NCBI GenBank assembly: GCA_038746745.1
Contig: JBCDKJ010000016.1
Coordinates: 196-64,195, forward strand
DNA: 64,000 nt
DNA from: Pseudomonadota bacterium
GTDB taxonomy: Bacteria > Pseudomonadota > Gammaproteobacteria > Pseudomonadales > Halieaceae
Direction of reading: 5' to 3'
Below, piece by piece: positions 1 to 9,989 of the stretch (within the stretch, counting starts at the first letter, position 1; each line of letters begins with the position of its first letter). A program made the translations under genes and the position numbers. The notes under the pieces were generated by a model that made no database searches, was not told the DNA's origin, and saw only the letters and a program-made list of their open reading frames with translations.

Positions 1-164
1 ATAGTTTCGATGTGCTCGACAATACGCACTGCAGGAATCACGGACTCTGGCGCCCCCTGAACTGCGGAAACTGGTGCATGGATTTGCACAGCTCTTGCCC
101 GTCCGGCCAAGAGATTAAGACAATCACCAGATTGCGCTAAGCGCTATAAGTACAAAAAATGTGG

Positions 165-518
165 TTATCCACTCGTAACTGCTTCTAAATTACGCGATTC
201 CCTACCATACGCGTCGGAGCTTTAATCGCGACCATAAGCATAACTTTGACCGTAATTCCGACCGTCGTTTTAGAAGCAGAGCCACCGGAGCCATTCTTTT
301 GACGACCGCCTGTCTCGTCTCTGCGAATATCTGGGCTGTTGTCTGTCCGAACTCCGATAACGCAGCAGAGTTTAATCGCAATCCGAAGGGTTATCCACAC
401 CCTTAAAAAATATGCAAAAATAGAAATTCAGCATTAAAATCAGTGTTTTATAGACTTATTAAGTCTGTCAACCCCGTAAAATAAAAATATTTTTTAATTG
501 TGGATAACTTGTGGTTAA
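165..518. other. oriC: Candidate oriC: DnaA-box cluster flanking an AT-rich unwinding-type tract
   Basis: Perfect DnaA boxes TTATCCACA at 391-399 and TGTGGATAA (reverse orientation) at 499-507. One-mismatch boxes at 165-173 (TTATCCACT) and 510-518 (TGTGGTTAA). A strongly AT-rich stretch at 401-498 lies between them and includes the palindrome AGACTTATTAAGTCT at 452-466. No credible ORF. The location upstream of rpmH matches Pseudomonas-type origins. Confidence 0.55.
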
Positions 519-785
519 AGTGTGTCATGTCTAGGGACAATCTGTTCGCGCACACAGAAACTGTTGCTCTTTCAGGGACTTAAAAACACTGCCCGGTACC
601 TTCTCGTCGATAATGGATCAGCTATCTGCACGTACCGCACGAGTAACCGTTAAGGAGCCTGTCGCCTCGTCAGCCTTGAATCAACCTCTATCAGGTCTCG
701 GCTGCTTAAGCTGATACGGTGAAGTGTAGTTGTATACCCAGCCCAGAGATCATACTGAGCTGTCTCCCTACACAAACTTTTCTGT

Positions 786-814
786 TTGAAAACAACGACC
801 TGTTTAACTAGAAT
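786..814 (+). promoter_or_regulatory. Putative sigma-70 promoter of the rpmH operon
   Basis: TTGAAA (786-791), 17-nt spacer, TAGAAT (809-814), about 115 nt upstream of the rpmH ATG. Confidence 0.4.
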
Positions 815-928
815 GCACGTCCGTTTTGACAGGTAGATGCGCGCACGTTGTTGCGCTTTCCAACTACTCTACCCAAGCACATAGAACCCAAGCATACAGA
901 TTGTTATAGATTTCTAGAGACTGTACAC

Positions 929-1063
929 ATGAAAAGAACATTTCAGCCCAGCGTACTCAAGCGCAAGCGGACCCACGGCTTTCGTTCGCGCATGGCAACA
1001 AAGAGCGGACGCCACGTTATAAACCGTCGTCGCGCCAAAGGCCGCAAACGCCTCGCAGCCTGA
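929..1063 (+). CDS. rpmH: 50S ribosomal protein L34
   Basis: The 44-aa product [44 protein letters not shown] is the near-invariant L34 sequence. The ORF-track start at 848 is an upstream extension. Confidence 0.98.
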   Translation: MKRTFQPSVLKRKRTHGFRSRMATKSGRHVINRRRAKGRKRLAA

Positions 1064-1422
1064 TGCTTGCTATGGGTAGCCAGGACTTCCCGCGGGACGC
1101 CAGGCTACTCACCAGCGGCGATTACCGCAGGGTATTCACTGATCCAGACCAGAAAGCATCCCACCGTTACATTTTACTGCTCGCGGCAAATAATACGTTG
1201 GGGCATTCGCGGGTAGGAATCATCGCGGCTAAAAAGCACATCAAGCTTGCCGTCAGTCGAAACCACTTTAAACGCATCGTCCGGGAGACCTTCCGACAAC
1301 TGGATTCTCGCCAGGAGAGCATGGACGTGGTTGTCCTCGCGAGACAAGGGGCAGATCGTTTGGACAACACCACTCTGTCGTCTATATTGCGCCAACAATG
1401 GCGGAAGCTAATCGAGTCATGA
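1063..1422 (+). CDS. rnpA: Ribonuclease P protein component
   Basis: Basic 119-aa protein directly after rpmH. Its ATG overlaps the rpmH TGA. Has the RnpA-like RVGIIAAKKHIKLAVSRNHFKRIVRE segment and conserved synteny. Confidence 0.93.
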   Translation: MLAMGSQDFPRDARLLTSGDYRRVFTDPDQKASHRYILLLAANNTLGHSRVGIIAAKKHIKLAVSRNHFKRIVRETFRQLDSRQESMDVVVLARQGADRLDNTTLSSILRQQWRKLIES

Positions 1423-1727
1423 ACCAGCCTGCCAAATACTCAAACCCTATCCTCAGCAAAGACTACGATCGGCAGTACGTTGACAAGCCTGGATTGATGG
1501 CGCGCATCTTACTGCTGTTAATCCGCTGTTATCAGCTGGTACTCAGCCCCTGGATTGGTAGCCAGTGCCGATTCTTTCCTACATGCTCCTGTTATGCCCA
1601 CGAGGCGATCAATACCCACGGCGCTGCTCGCGGCAGCCTGTTGACTGTAATGCGCTTAAGCAAATGCCACCCCTGGCACGCCGGCGGCGTTGATCTCGTA
1701 CCCCCTGCCTCAGAAGACCTGCTGTGA
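1419..1727 (+). CDS. yidD: Membrane protein insertion efficiency factor YidD
   Basis: Conserved YidD core LVLSPWIGSQCRFFPTCSCYAHEAINTHG...RLSKCHPWHAGGVDLVP. The start is uncertain: ATG 1419 overlaps the rnpA stop (ATGA), and ATG 1398 and 1497 are also possible. Confidence 0.9.
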   Translation: MNQPAKYSNPILSKDYDRQYVDKPGLMARILLLLIRCYQLVLSPWIGSQCRFFPTCSCYAHEAINTHGAARGSLLTVMRLSKCHPWHAGGVDLVPPASEDLL

Positions 1728-3433
1728 CCATGGATGTAACCCGCTCCCTACTGATTGGCACTATTGCTATTCTCGGTTTCATGTTGCTGACCGAGTGGGT
1801 TAACTTCAGGCAAGAGCGGCTGCCACCACCGGTCGCACCGACCAGCACAATCGCCGCATTTCCGACGACTCCTGAAACCACTACTACGGATGTCCCTGGC
1901 GCAGAAGCGGATGCACTGAGCCAGCAAACTGCGTTTGAAGATGTACCCGTTGCAGAACCTCCGGCACAGTCTGCAAACCCTGTGGTTACGACGAGCCGCT
2001 CTATATCAGTGAATACCGATGTTTTGAGTGTACGCATTGACCTTCTTGGCGGCGATATCACGGAAGTCGCGTTAAAAGACTACCCGGCGCGACTTGACCA
2101 GCCTGAGCTCCCTTTTCTGCTGCTGGAAGATAATGATCGGCGCACTTACGTGGCGCAGAGTGGACTTATCGGGCCAGACGGCATCGATAAAAGCGGCAGG
2201 GCTTTGTACCGCAGCAGTCAGCTGCAGTACGCACTGGGTAGCGAAGACACGCTGACCGTTGACCTGATAGCGGCAACAGATCCGCAATACATCGTTACTA
2301 AGCGTTTTATATTTAATCGAGGCGACTACCTTATCCGCGTGCAGTACGAGGTGGAGAATCGCTCCGATAAGCGCTGGCAAGCCAACCTGTTCGGACAGAT
2401 CAAGCGAGACAGTACACAGGACCCCTCCTCTGAGTTAGCCAGCGGTATGGGCATGGTGCCCTTCCTCGGCTCAGCCACAACACTGCCGGACAAGCGCTTT
2501 GCCAAGTTTGATTTCGAAGACATGGCGGAAGAGCCGCTCAGTCAAAAAATTGCCGGCGGCTGGATTGCGATGATCCAGCACTATTTCCTGAGCGCCTGGA
2601 TCCCCGACCCCAGCCTCACCCATAACTACAGTACGCGAGTTACCTCTGCAGGATTCAACATCGCAGGTTTTGTGTCGCCAGCTATCACTGTTGATCCTGG
2701 CAGCTCTGGCTCCGTTCAAGCCAGCTTCTACGCTGGACCCAAGGACCAATATCGGCTGGAAGACATATCTGAACACTTGAAGCTGAGCGTAGACTACGGG
2801 TGGCTGTGGTGGATCGCCCAGCCTCTATTTTGGTTGCTGATCAAAATCTACGCCTTCGTTGGCAATTGGGGTGTGGCTATTATTCTGCTTACCGTGTTGA
2901 TCAAAGCAGCGTTCTTTCAGCTATCAGCTACCAGTTACCGCTCGATGGCGAAAATGCGAGCCGTTGGCCCGAAGATACAAGCGCTGCGCGAGCGCTACCC
3001 GGACGATAAGCAAAAGCAGTCCACAGAGATGATGAACCTCTATCGCAAAGAGAAGATCAACCCCCTTAGCGGTTGCTTGCCTATTCTCGTTCAAATGCCG
3101 GTTTTTATCGCTCTGTACTGGGTTCTAATGGAGAGCGTCGAGCTGCGCCAGGCACCGTTTTATGGATGGATAGACGACTTGTCGGTGATGGACCCTTTCT
3201 TCATCCTGCCGCTGATTATGGGCGCCAGCATGTGGTTCCAGCAAAAACTGGCACCGCCGCCACCCGATCCCATGCAAGCCAAGTTGATGCAATGGATGCC
3301 AATCATTTTCACCGGCTTTTTCCTTTGGTTTCCCGCTGGACTGGTGTTGTATTGGGTCACTAACAACCTGCTATCGATTGCGCAGCAGTGGTTTATCACA
3401 CGGCAGATTGAGCAAGCTGCCAGCACCCACTAA
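1724..3433 (+). CDS. yidC: Membrane protein insertase YidC
   Basis: 569 aa with an N-terminal TM helix, a large periplasmic domain, and the conserved C-terminal 60-kDa insertase core (GCLPILVQMPVFIALYWVL...LVLYWVTNNLLSIAQQ). GTG 1724 overlaps the yidD stop; ATG 1730 is an alternative start. Confidence 0.97.
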   Translation: MTMDVTRSLLIGTIAILGFMLLTEWVNFRQERLPPPVAPTSTIAAFPTTPETTTTDVPGAEADALSQQTAFEDVPVAEPPAQSANPVVTTSRSISVNTDVLSVRIDLLGGDITEVALKDYPARLDQPELPFLLLEDNDRRTYVAQSGLIGPDGIDKSGRALYRSSQLQYALGSEDTLTVDLIAATDPQYIVTKRFIFNRGDYLIRVQYEVENRSDKRWQANLFGQIKRDSTQDPSSELASGMGMVPFLGSATTLPDKRFAKFDFEDMAEEPLSQKIAGGWIAMIQHYFLSAWIPDPSLTHNYSTRVTSAGFNIAGFVSPAITVDPGSSGSVQASFYAGPKDQYRLEDISEHLKLSVDYGWLWWIAQPLFWLLIKIYAFVGNWGVAIILLTVLIKAAFFQLSATSYRSMAKMRAVGPKIQALRERYPDDKQKQSTEMMNLYRKEKINPLSGCLPILVQMPVFIALYWVLMESVELRQAPFYGWIDDLSVMDPFFILPLIMGASMWFQQKLAPPPPDPMQAKLMQWMPIIFTGFFLWFPAGLVLYWVTNNLLSIAQQWFITRQIEQAASTH

Positions 3434-3439
3434 GCGCTC

Positions 3440-4801
3440 GTGCTGACCGGCGTTCCTGGCGACACCATTGTTGCAGTCGGCACAGCCCCCGGCATGGGGG
3501 GAATTGGCATAGTCCGTGTTTCCGGCCCCAACGCTAAAGCCATTGGGCTCTCAATAACCAGAAAGTCTCTACAGCCCCGCTGTGCAGAGTCTGCTGTCTT
3601 TAGAGACGCAGATGGTGACGCGCTGGATAGCGGTATCGCTCTTTTCTTTCCTGCGCCGGCGTCATTCACAGGCGAAGATATACTGGAAATCCAGGGCCAT
3701 GGTGGGCCAGCCGTGCTGGATCTGCTGCTGCGGGAGTGTCTTAGGCTGGGCGCGAGGCTCGCAAACGCCGGAGAGTTCAGTCAAAGAGCCTTTTTGAACG
3801 AAAAACTCGATCTAACGCAGGCAGAGGCTATTGCCGACCTTGTTCAAGCTACCACCGAAGCTGGCGTGCGCAGCGCAAACCGATCCCTGCAGGGAGAATT
3901 CTCAAAGCGGGTCAATGCTCTGGCTGAAGAGATCGTCAAGCTACGTGTCTATGTAGAAGCTGCTATCGATTTTCCCGACGAAGAAATTGACTTCTTGGAA
4001 GACGGTGAAGTCGCCCAAAAATTGGCCAACATTACAGCTGCCCTGCAAGCTGTGTTAAAAACCGCTCGCCAGGGCCGGTTGCTTCGAGACGGTATTAAGC
4101 TAGTCATAGCAGGCCGCCCCAACGCCGGGAAATCCAGCCTGTTAAACGCTCTTAGCGGCGAAGACACAGCGATCGTAACATCTGTAGAAGGTACGACTCG
4201 CGATGTGCTGCGAGAACATATTCAACTGGACGGCATACCATTACACATTGCTGACACAGCAGGACTTCACGACAGTGATGACCCGGTTGAACAAGAAGGC
4301 ATGCTGCGCGCATGGCGAGAGTTTGAAACCGCTGACCGCGTATTACTGGTTATAGATATCAGCCACCCAACGGCCGCCGATCAACAAGAGGCACTACTAT
4401 CTGAGCTGCGTGAGAAGCACGAGCGACTTCCCATCACCATAGTTCACAATAAATGCGATATCTCAGGATCTACACCCGGTGTTCTCGAAAAAGATGGAAT
4501 AACAACAGTGACGTTATCCGCCACAACACGGAACGGGCTTGAAGCATTAGCGCATCATCTAAAAAATTCGCTTGGGTATGACGCGTCAGAAAACCACGGC
4601 TTTAGTGCGCGGCGACGGCACATCAATGCACTGGAACGCGCTAGCAACTTGCTGGTTAATGCCAGCATTCAACTCGGTGCCGGCGAACTTCTGGCCGAAG
4701 ACTTACGGCAAGCCCACCAGATACTGGGAGAGATTACCGGTGCTATGAGCGCGGACGACTTACTGGGAGAAATTTTCTCTAGCTTCTGTATCGGCAAATA
4801 G
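3440..4801 (+). CDS. mnmE: tRNA modification GTPase MnmE
   Basis: N-terminal DTIVAVGTAPG.GGIGIVRVSG, G-domain motifs GRPNAGKSSLLN, DTAG and NKCD, and the C-terminal FCIGK signature. Confidence 0.97.
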   Translation: MLTGVPGDTIVAVGTAPGMGGIGIVRVSGPNAKAIGLSITRKSLQPRCAESAVFRDADGDALDSGIALFFPAPASFTGEDILEIQGHGGPAVLDLLLRECLRLGARLANAGEFSQRAFLNEKLDLTQAEAIADLVQATTEAGVRSANRSLQGEFSKRVNALAEEIVKLRVYVEAAIDFPDEEIDFLEDGEVAQKLANITAALQAVLKTARQGRLLRDGIKLVIAGRPNAGKSSLLNALSGEDTAIVTSVEGTTRDVLREHIQLDGIPLHIADTAGLHDSDDPVEQEGMLRAWREFETADRVLLVIDISHPTAADQQEALLSELREKHERLPITIVHNKCDISGSTPGVLEKDGITTVTLSATTRNGLEALAHHLKNSLGYDASENHGFSARRRHINALERASNLLVNASIQLGAGELLAEDLRQAHQILGEITGAMSADDLLGEIFSSFCIGK

Positions 4802-5316
4802 TTTAAGCCAGAAATCTTGGTAGGTAATCTCGCAACTCAGCTGAAACCCTTGCTATGGAATCTCACCAGATCTTACCTACTCAGATATTACCCAGATCGA
4901 TAACAGATGTTCTTCACAGCTATCTGAAGCTTACCCACAAGATATGCGCAGCTTGTTTGCATTAAACGGCAAGTGATGAAGAGATTTGAGCACACGCTGT
5001 GCAGCCTGTTAACGGTATTGGGATAAACAGAGAATAATCCAGGCAGTCCGCTCTACAGCCACCCCGATCGGCAAAGAAGGCTGAACCTATACACGGCTTA
5101 TCTGCAGCAGATGACCTTACCGCACAGCGCTTTTCCGCAGCCTTATGCTTTACGCAAGCATCTGAGAAATAAAAGAATTATTTGGATATCCACGAAAACA
5201 CGCGGCTCTATTAATTACAGTATTAAATTATCTATCTACTATTTATATATCTATTGAATACATATAGACATTAGAGCAATCCCTGTGAAAATGCTGTCGC
5301 CTACAGTGATCGATTT

Positions 5317-5345
5317 TTGATCGCACCAGGCAGACTCTTTATAAT
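5317..5345 (+). promoter_or_regulatory. Putative sigma-70 promoter of mnmG-rsmG-parAB
   Basis: TTGATC (5317-5322), 17-nt spacer, TATAAT (5340-5345), 46 nt upstream of the mnmG ATG. Confidence 0.35.
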
Positions 5346-5390
5346 CGCGGGCCCTCCACGAGACGTGAGCTATAGGACTCATCGCCAACA

Positions 5391-7286
5391 ATGACCGCCA
5401 GAACAAAACAAGCTGACTACGATGTCATTGTTATCGGCGGTGGCCACGCGGGTACTGAAGCCAGCCTCGCGGCCGCCCGTATGGGCTGTAGAACGCTGTT
5501 ACTGACCCATAGCATCGATACGCTTGGCCAGATGTCCTGCAATCCAGCGATTGGAGGTATTGGTAAAAGCCACCTGGTCAAAGAAATTGATGCGCTGGGT
5601 GGCGCGATGGCTGAAGCGACCGATCAAGCGGGGATTCAGTTCCGCGTGTTGAATTCTCGTAAGGGTCCCGCCGTGAGGGCGACCCGAGCCCAGGCAGATC
5701 GCGTGTTGTACCGGACTGCGATCCGGCGAATTCTTGAACGGCAGGAAAATCTTTGGATTTTTCAGCAAGCGGTGGACGACCTGGTGCTTGAAGGCGGACG
5801 AGCTGTGGGTGTTCGCACACAGATGGGCCTGGAGTTTCGGGCGCACTGTACTGTGTTGACCACCGGTACCTTTTTGGGTGGCAAGATTCATATTGGTCTC
5901 GACAGCCACGCCGGCGGTCGAGCAGGAGATCCACCTTCTAATGCGTTGGCACAGCGACTTCGAGAACTGCCATTTCGCGTAGAGCGCCTAAAGACTGGAA
6001 CCCCACCACGTATTGATGCTCAGTCCGTGAACTTCTCCGTGATGCAGGAGCAGTGGGGCGACGAACCGCGGCCGGTAATGTCGTTTCTGGGTAACGCGGC
6101 ATCACACCCTGAACAGCGCTGCTGCTGGATTACTCATACCAATGAGCGAACCCACGACATAATTCGTGGCGCGCTGAATCAATCGCCAATGTTTACTGGC
6201 CAGATTGAAGGCACGGGTCCTAGGTACTGCCCCTCTGTTGAAGACAAGATATATCGCTTCGCTGATAAAACGTCACACCAGATATTTGTTGAGCCGGAGG
6301 GCTTGTCCTGCAACGAACTCTATCCGAATGGCATCTCTACCAGCTTGCCTTATGAGACGCAGTTACGGATGGTGCACTCTATTGAGGGATTCGAAAGCGC
6401 GCATATCACACGCCCTGGATATGCGATCGAATACGATTTCTTTGACCCGCGAGACCTCCACTATTCCCTTGAAACCAGAGCGGTACAGGGGCTGTTTTTT
6501 GCCGGTCAAATTAATGGTACGACGGGCTATGAAGAGGCGGCCGCCCAGGGCTTGTTGGCGGGTCTGAACGCTGCACGAACTGTGCGCAATGAAGACACCT
6601 GGTGCCCGCGACGTGATGAAGCTTATATTGGTGTCCTGATTGATGACCTCATCACATTGGGAACCATGGAGCCTTATCGGATGTTTACCTCAAGGGCGGA
6701 ATACCGCCTGCTGCTTCGCGAAGACAACGCGGATCTGCGGTTAACTGAGCATGGTCGTAATCTCGGGCTGGTCGATGACCGACGTTGGCAGTACTTTTCA
6801 GAAAAGCGCGATGCGATTGAACGTGAACGGGAGCGGCTACAACGCACCATCGTGCATCCTAACACCGAGTCTGCCAATGCATTGGCGCCGGTGTTGAAGA
6901 AGCCGCTTACCCGAGAGTATTCAGCCCTGGAGCTTCTGCGTCGTCCCGAAGTCAGCTATGACGATATTGCTGATGTGCTGCCTACTAAGGGCCTTGTGCC
7001 CGGCGTGACCCAGCAAGTAGAGATACAAGCGAAGTACGCTGGTTATATCGACAGACAGCAGGAGGAAATCGCTCGACTCCGTAAACACGAGTCCACACCG
7101 CTACCTGCCGACTTAGAGTATGCCAATATCGAAGGCCTATCGAATGAGTTAAAGCAAAAACTGGCTGAGGTCAGACCGGAAACCCTTGCTAGGGCGTCCA
7201 GGATACCTGGCGTAACACCGGCCGCTCTCTCACTGTTGCTGATTTATCTGAAAAAGCACGGTGTGGCACAGCGCCAGATTGCCTGA
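5391..7286 (+). CDS. mnmG: tRNA uridine 5-carboxymethylaminomethyl modification enzyme MnmG (GidA)
   Basis: 631 aa with an FAD dinucleotide fold [15 protein letters not shown] and a conserved GidA core ([22 protein letters not shown]). Confidence 0.98.
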   Translation: MTARTKQADYDVIVIGGGHAGTEASLAAARMGCRTLLLTHSIDTLGQMSCNPAIGGIGKSHLVKEIDALGGAMAEATDQAGIQFRVLNSRKGPAVRATRAQADRVLYRTAIRRILERQENLWIFQQAVDDLVLEGGRAVGVRTQMGLEFRAHCTVLTTGTFLGGKIHIGLDSHAGGRAGDPPSNALAQRLRELPFRVERLKTGTPPRIDAQSVNFSVMQEQWGDEPRPVMSFLGNAASHPEQRCCWITHTNERTHDIIRGALNQSPMFTGQIEGTGPRYCPSVEDKIYRFADKTSHQIFVEPEGLSCNELYPNGISTSLPYETQLRMVHSIEGFESAHITRPGYAIEYDFFDPRDLHYSLETRAVQGLFFAGQINGTTGYEEAAAQGLLAGLNAARTVRNEDTWCPRRDEAYIGVLIDDLITLGTMEPYRMFTSRAEYRLLLREDNADLRLTEHGRNLGLVDDRRWQYFSEKRDAIERERERLQRTIVHPNTESANALAPVLKKPLTREYSALELLRRPEVSYDDIADVLPTKGLVPGVTQQVEIQAKYAGYIDRQQEEIARLRKHESTPLPADLEYANIEGLSNELKQKLAEVRPETLARASRIPGVTPAALSLLLIYLKKHGVAQRQIA

Positions 7287-7291
7287 CTGCA

Positions 7292-7951
7292 ATGACCGCA
7301 GGTGATGCTGCCATCCACCGCCTGGCAGCGGGCCTGGAGCTGTTGCAGTTGGAAGTGTCCTCTAGCGCACTCCAGCAATTGTCGCTCTATCTTGATCTGC
7401 TGCAACGCTGGAATAGCGCCTATAACCTGACAGCGGTGCGTGACCCATTGGCCATGGTCGACAGGCACTTATTGGACAGCGCGGCCATCCTGCCATTCAT
7501 TAAGACCGATGCGCGTAAAGCAATTGACGTAGGCACCGGTGCTGGACTGCCAGGCGTTCCGCTCGCCATTCTGAAACCTGAGCTAACCGTCGATCTGCTG
7601 GATAGCAATTCGAAGAAAACGCGATTCCTGTTTCAGGTGAAAACAGCTCTGGGCTTGGATAACATAGCTGCCCGTCACGCGCGAGCGGAGGACTGGTCGC
7701 CCGATTATCAGTACGATCTTGTAGTCTCCCGGGCGTTCGCTGCGCTGTCAGACATGGTGCGCAGCTGTAGCCATCTCTGTTCGCCCGGCGGTCGATTGCT
7801 GGCCATGAAGGGCCTGATTCAAGCGACAGAACTAGAGGCCATAGCAGACACCGCCATGCTGGAGGAAATACATCCGCTTGTCGTTCCTGGTCTATCAGAA
7901 GAGCGGCACCTGGTGGTGCTGGCACCTGCGGGGAGTCCATTGGCACCGTGA
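7292..7951 (+). CDS. rsmG: 16S rRNA (guanine527-N7)-methyltransferase RsmG (GidB)
   Basis: SAM motif DVGTGAGLPGVPLAI, synteny after mnmG, and a 4-nt overlap with parA. Confidence 0.95.
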   Translation: MTAGDAAIHRLAAGLELLQLEVSSSALQQLSLYLDLLQRWNSAYNLTAVRDPLAMVDRHLLDSAAILPFIKTDARKAIDVGTGAGLPGVPLAILKPELTVDLLDSNSKKTRFLFQVKTALGLDNIAARHARAEDWSPDYQYDLVVSRAFAALSDMVRSCSHLCSPGGRLLAMKGLIQATELEAIADTAMLEEIHPLVVPGLSEERHLVVLAPAGSPLAP

Positions 7952-8790
7952 CGCGAATTTACGCTATAGCTAATCAAAAAGGCGGCGTAGGGAAGACTAC
8001 CAGCTGTGTGAATCTGGCTGCATCTTTGTCTGCTATGCGACAGCGCGTGTTGCTAGTAGACCTGGACCCACAGGGAAATGCCACGATGGGAAGTGGCGTC
8101 GATAAGTATGCGCTTGAGAGATCGATATATGATGTGATGGTCGATGCGGTGGTTGATAGCTCGTCGCTGACCGGGGTACTTCATAAAGCGGGCGATAGGG
8201 ATTATCACGTTCTGCCTGCGAACAGTGATCTTACTGCAGCGGAAGTTGAGCTGATCAATGCGCCTCAGCGCGAAGCGCGATTGCGCAATGCGCTGGAGTC
8301 GATTCGCGACGACTACGATTACATTCTTATTGATTGTCCGCCATCACTAAACATGTTGACGCTTAATGGGCTGGTCGCTGCCGATGGCGTCCTCATTCCC
8401 ATGCAATGCGAATACTATGCACTTGAAGGCCTGACTGCGCTGATAGATACGATCTCCAGAGTTGCTGCATCTGTCAATCCAGGGCTGGAGGTCGTCGGTT
8501 TGTTGCGCACCATGTACGACCCGCGCAATAGCCTCACCAACGAAGTGTCTGCGCAGTTGAAAACACATTTTGCTGAGAAGCTGTATCGCACCGTCATACC
8601 GCGTAATGTACGGTTGGCGGAGGCGCCCAGTTTCGGGCAGGCCGCTTTGCATTACGACCCTCGTTCCCGTGGTGCGCAGGCCTATCTAGCTTTAGCAGGG
8701 GAAATTATTCGACGAGAAACAGGAGAGCTTCCAGCGGCGGCGGCAACGGTCGGCGCAATGCTGGCAGACAGCTTCACGGAGCAAGATTAG
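7948..8790 (+). CDS. parA: Chromosome partitioning ATPase ParA (Soj)
   Basis: Deviant Walker A NQKGGVGKTTS and a ParA/MinD family core. Confidence 0.95.
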   Translation: MTRIYAIANQKGGVGKTTSCVNLAASLSAMRQRVLLVDLDPQGNATMGSGVDKYALERSIYDVMVDAVVDSSSLTGVLHKAGDRDYHVLPANSDLTAAEVELINAPQREARLRNALESIRDDYDYILIDCPPSLNMLTLNGLVAADGVLIPMQCEYYALEGLTALIDTISRVAASVNPGLEVVGLLRTMYDPRNSLTNEVSAQLKTHFAEKLYRTVIPRNVRLAEAPSFGQAALHYDPRSRGAQAYLALAGEIIRRETGELPAAAATVGAMLADSFTEQD

Positions 8791-9690
8791 ATGGCAGGAA
8801 AAAAACGCGGTCTTGGGCGTGGACTCGATGCTTTGTTAGGTGCAAGTAACAGCACTGCAGACATACCTGCAGAGAGCGATGCTCAAAACACAGCTGATAA
8901 AAGTTCGAGCTTGCGAGAGCTGCGTGACGTTCCCGTAGATCTAATCCGTCGCGGCAAGTATCAGCCGCGTCGAGATATGGATCCGGATGCGTTGCAGGAA
9001 CTTGCGGACAGTATCAAAGCTCAGGGTGTGATGCAGCCAATCGTGTTGCGTCCCATTGAAAATGATCGATTTGAAATCATAGCGGGTGAGCGCCGCTGGC
9101 GGGCTACGCAGTTGGCGGGTCTGGATGTGATTCCCGCTCAGGTGAAAGACGTACCTGACGATGCTGCAATTGCCATGGCGCTGATCGAAAATATTCAGCG
9201 AGAGGATCTAAATCCCATCGAAGAGGCGATGGCACTGCAGCGTTTGCAGCAAGAGTTTGAATTGACCCAGCAACAGGTGGCTGAGGCGGTTGGTAAAAGT
9301 CGCAGTGCCGTGACCAACCTGCTCAGGTTGATGTCTCTGCGTGACGAGGTCCGTACCATGCTGGAACACGGCGACATCGAAATGGGCCATGGTAAGGCTC
9401 TATTGGGTCTTGACGCTGATGAGCAATCCAACGCTGCTCGCACGGTAGTGTCAAAAGGCCTGTCGGTGCGTCAGACTGAAAGCCTGGTTAGACAGCTCAA
9501 CCTGGCGAAGTCCAAACCGAGTAAGAAGTCCGCGGCATCGGATCCCAATGTACGTAAATTGCAGGATGAGCTGTCAGAAAAACTCGGCACGCGCGTCCAG
9601 ATTCAGCACACAGCATCGGGCAAGGGCAAACTGGTCCTACCCTTCAGCTCGCTGGACCAGCTCGATGGGATTCTTGGCCATATCAAGTAG
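8791..9690 (+). CDS. parB: Chromosome partitioning protein ParB (Spo0J)
   Basis: ParB box GERRWRA, HTH segment QQQVAEAVGKSRSAVTNLLRL, and a start directly abutting the parA stop. Confidence 0.95.
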   Translation: MAGKKRGLGRGLDALLGASNSTADIPAESDAQNTADKSSSLRELRDVPVDLIRRGKYQPRRDMDPDALQELADSIKAQGVMQPIVLRPIENDRFEIIAGERRWRATQLAGLDVIPAQVKDVPDDAAIAMALIENIQREDLNPIEEAMALQRLQQEFELTQQQVAEAVGKSRSAVTNLLRLMSLRDEVRTMLEHGDIEMGHGKALLGLDADEQSNAARTVVSKGLSVRQTESLVRQLNLAKSKPSKKSAASDPNVRKLQDELSEKLGTRVQIQHTASGKGKLVLPFSSLDQLDGILGHIK

Positions 9691-9847
9691 CAGCGCTACG
9701 ATCCATTACTTCACTACATGTTGTAGTTAATATGTTTTCTCGCTACTAGATAAAGGATATCTCGCAACATCTTGCATACATCGTGCGGCGATCTGCCGCC
9801 AATATGCTGGCAAGCGCGCAATACCGGGAATCAGGGGGGTGTATCGG

Positions 9848-9876
9848 TTGAACCGCCCCAGTATTGGACCTATAAT
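9848..9876 (+). promoter_or_regulatory. Putative atp operon sigma-70 promoter
   Basis: TTGAAC (9848-9853), exact 17-nt spacer, consensus TATAAT (9871-9876), 114 nt upstream of atpI. Confidence 0.55.
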
Positions 9877-9989
9877 GCGCGCGCCTTGAAGAGGGGCTCC
9901 CGCGACTGTCTGTAGTCGCGGGCAGCCGAGGTAATACCAGCGATCATGCTCTGCAGAAAGTACCCCTGAAGACATCCTGGCGATAAGCG

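Noticed and set aside
1-146. Possible 5' end of a minus-strand gene leaving the left edge (frame reading ...VQIHAPVSAVQGAPESVIPAVRIVEHIET, TTG 110 or GTG 89).
   Set aside because: Fewer than 40 codons are visible, there is no ATG or Shine-Dalgarno, and it has no resemblance to the DnaA N-terminus expected at this position. It cannot be supported from the window alone.
185-400. 71-aa minus-strand ORF in the origin region.
   Set aside because: It lies within the DnaA-box and AT-rich non-coding region, has no Shine-Dalgarno, and has an implausible composition. The sequence is better explained as oriC flank.
9727-9975. 82-aa minus-strand ORF between parB and atpI.
   Set aside because: It overlaps the strong atp promoter and leader hairpin, and it has no coding features.
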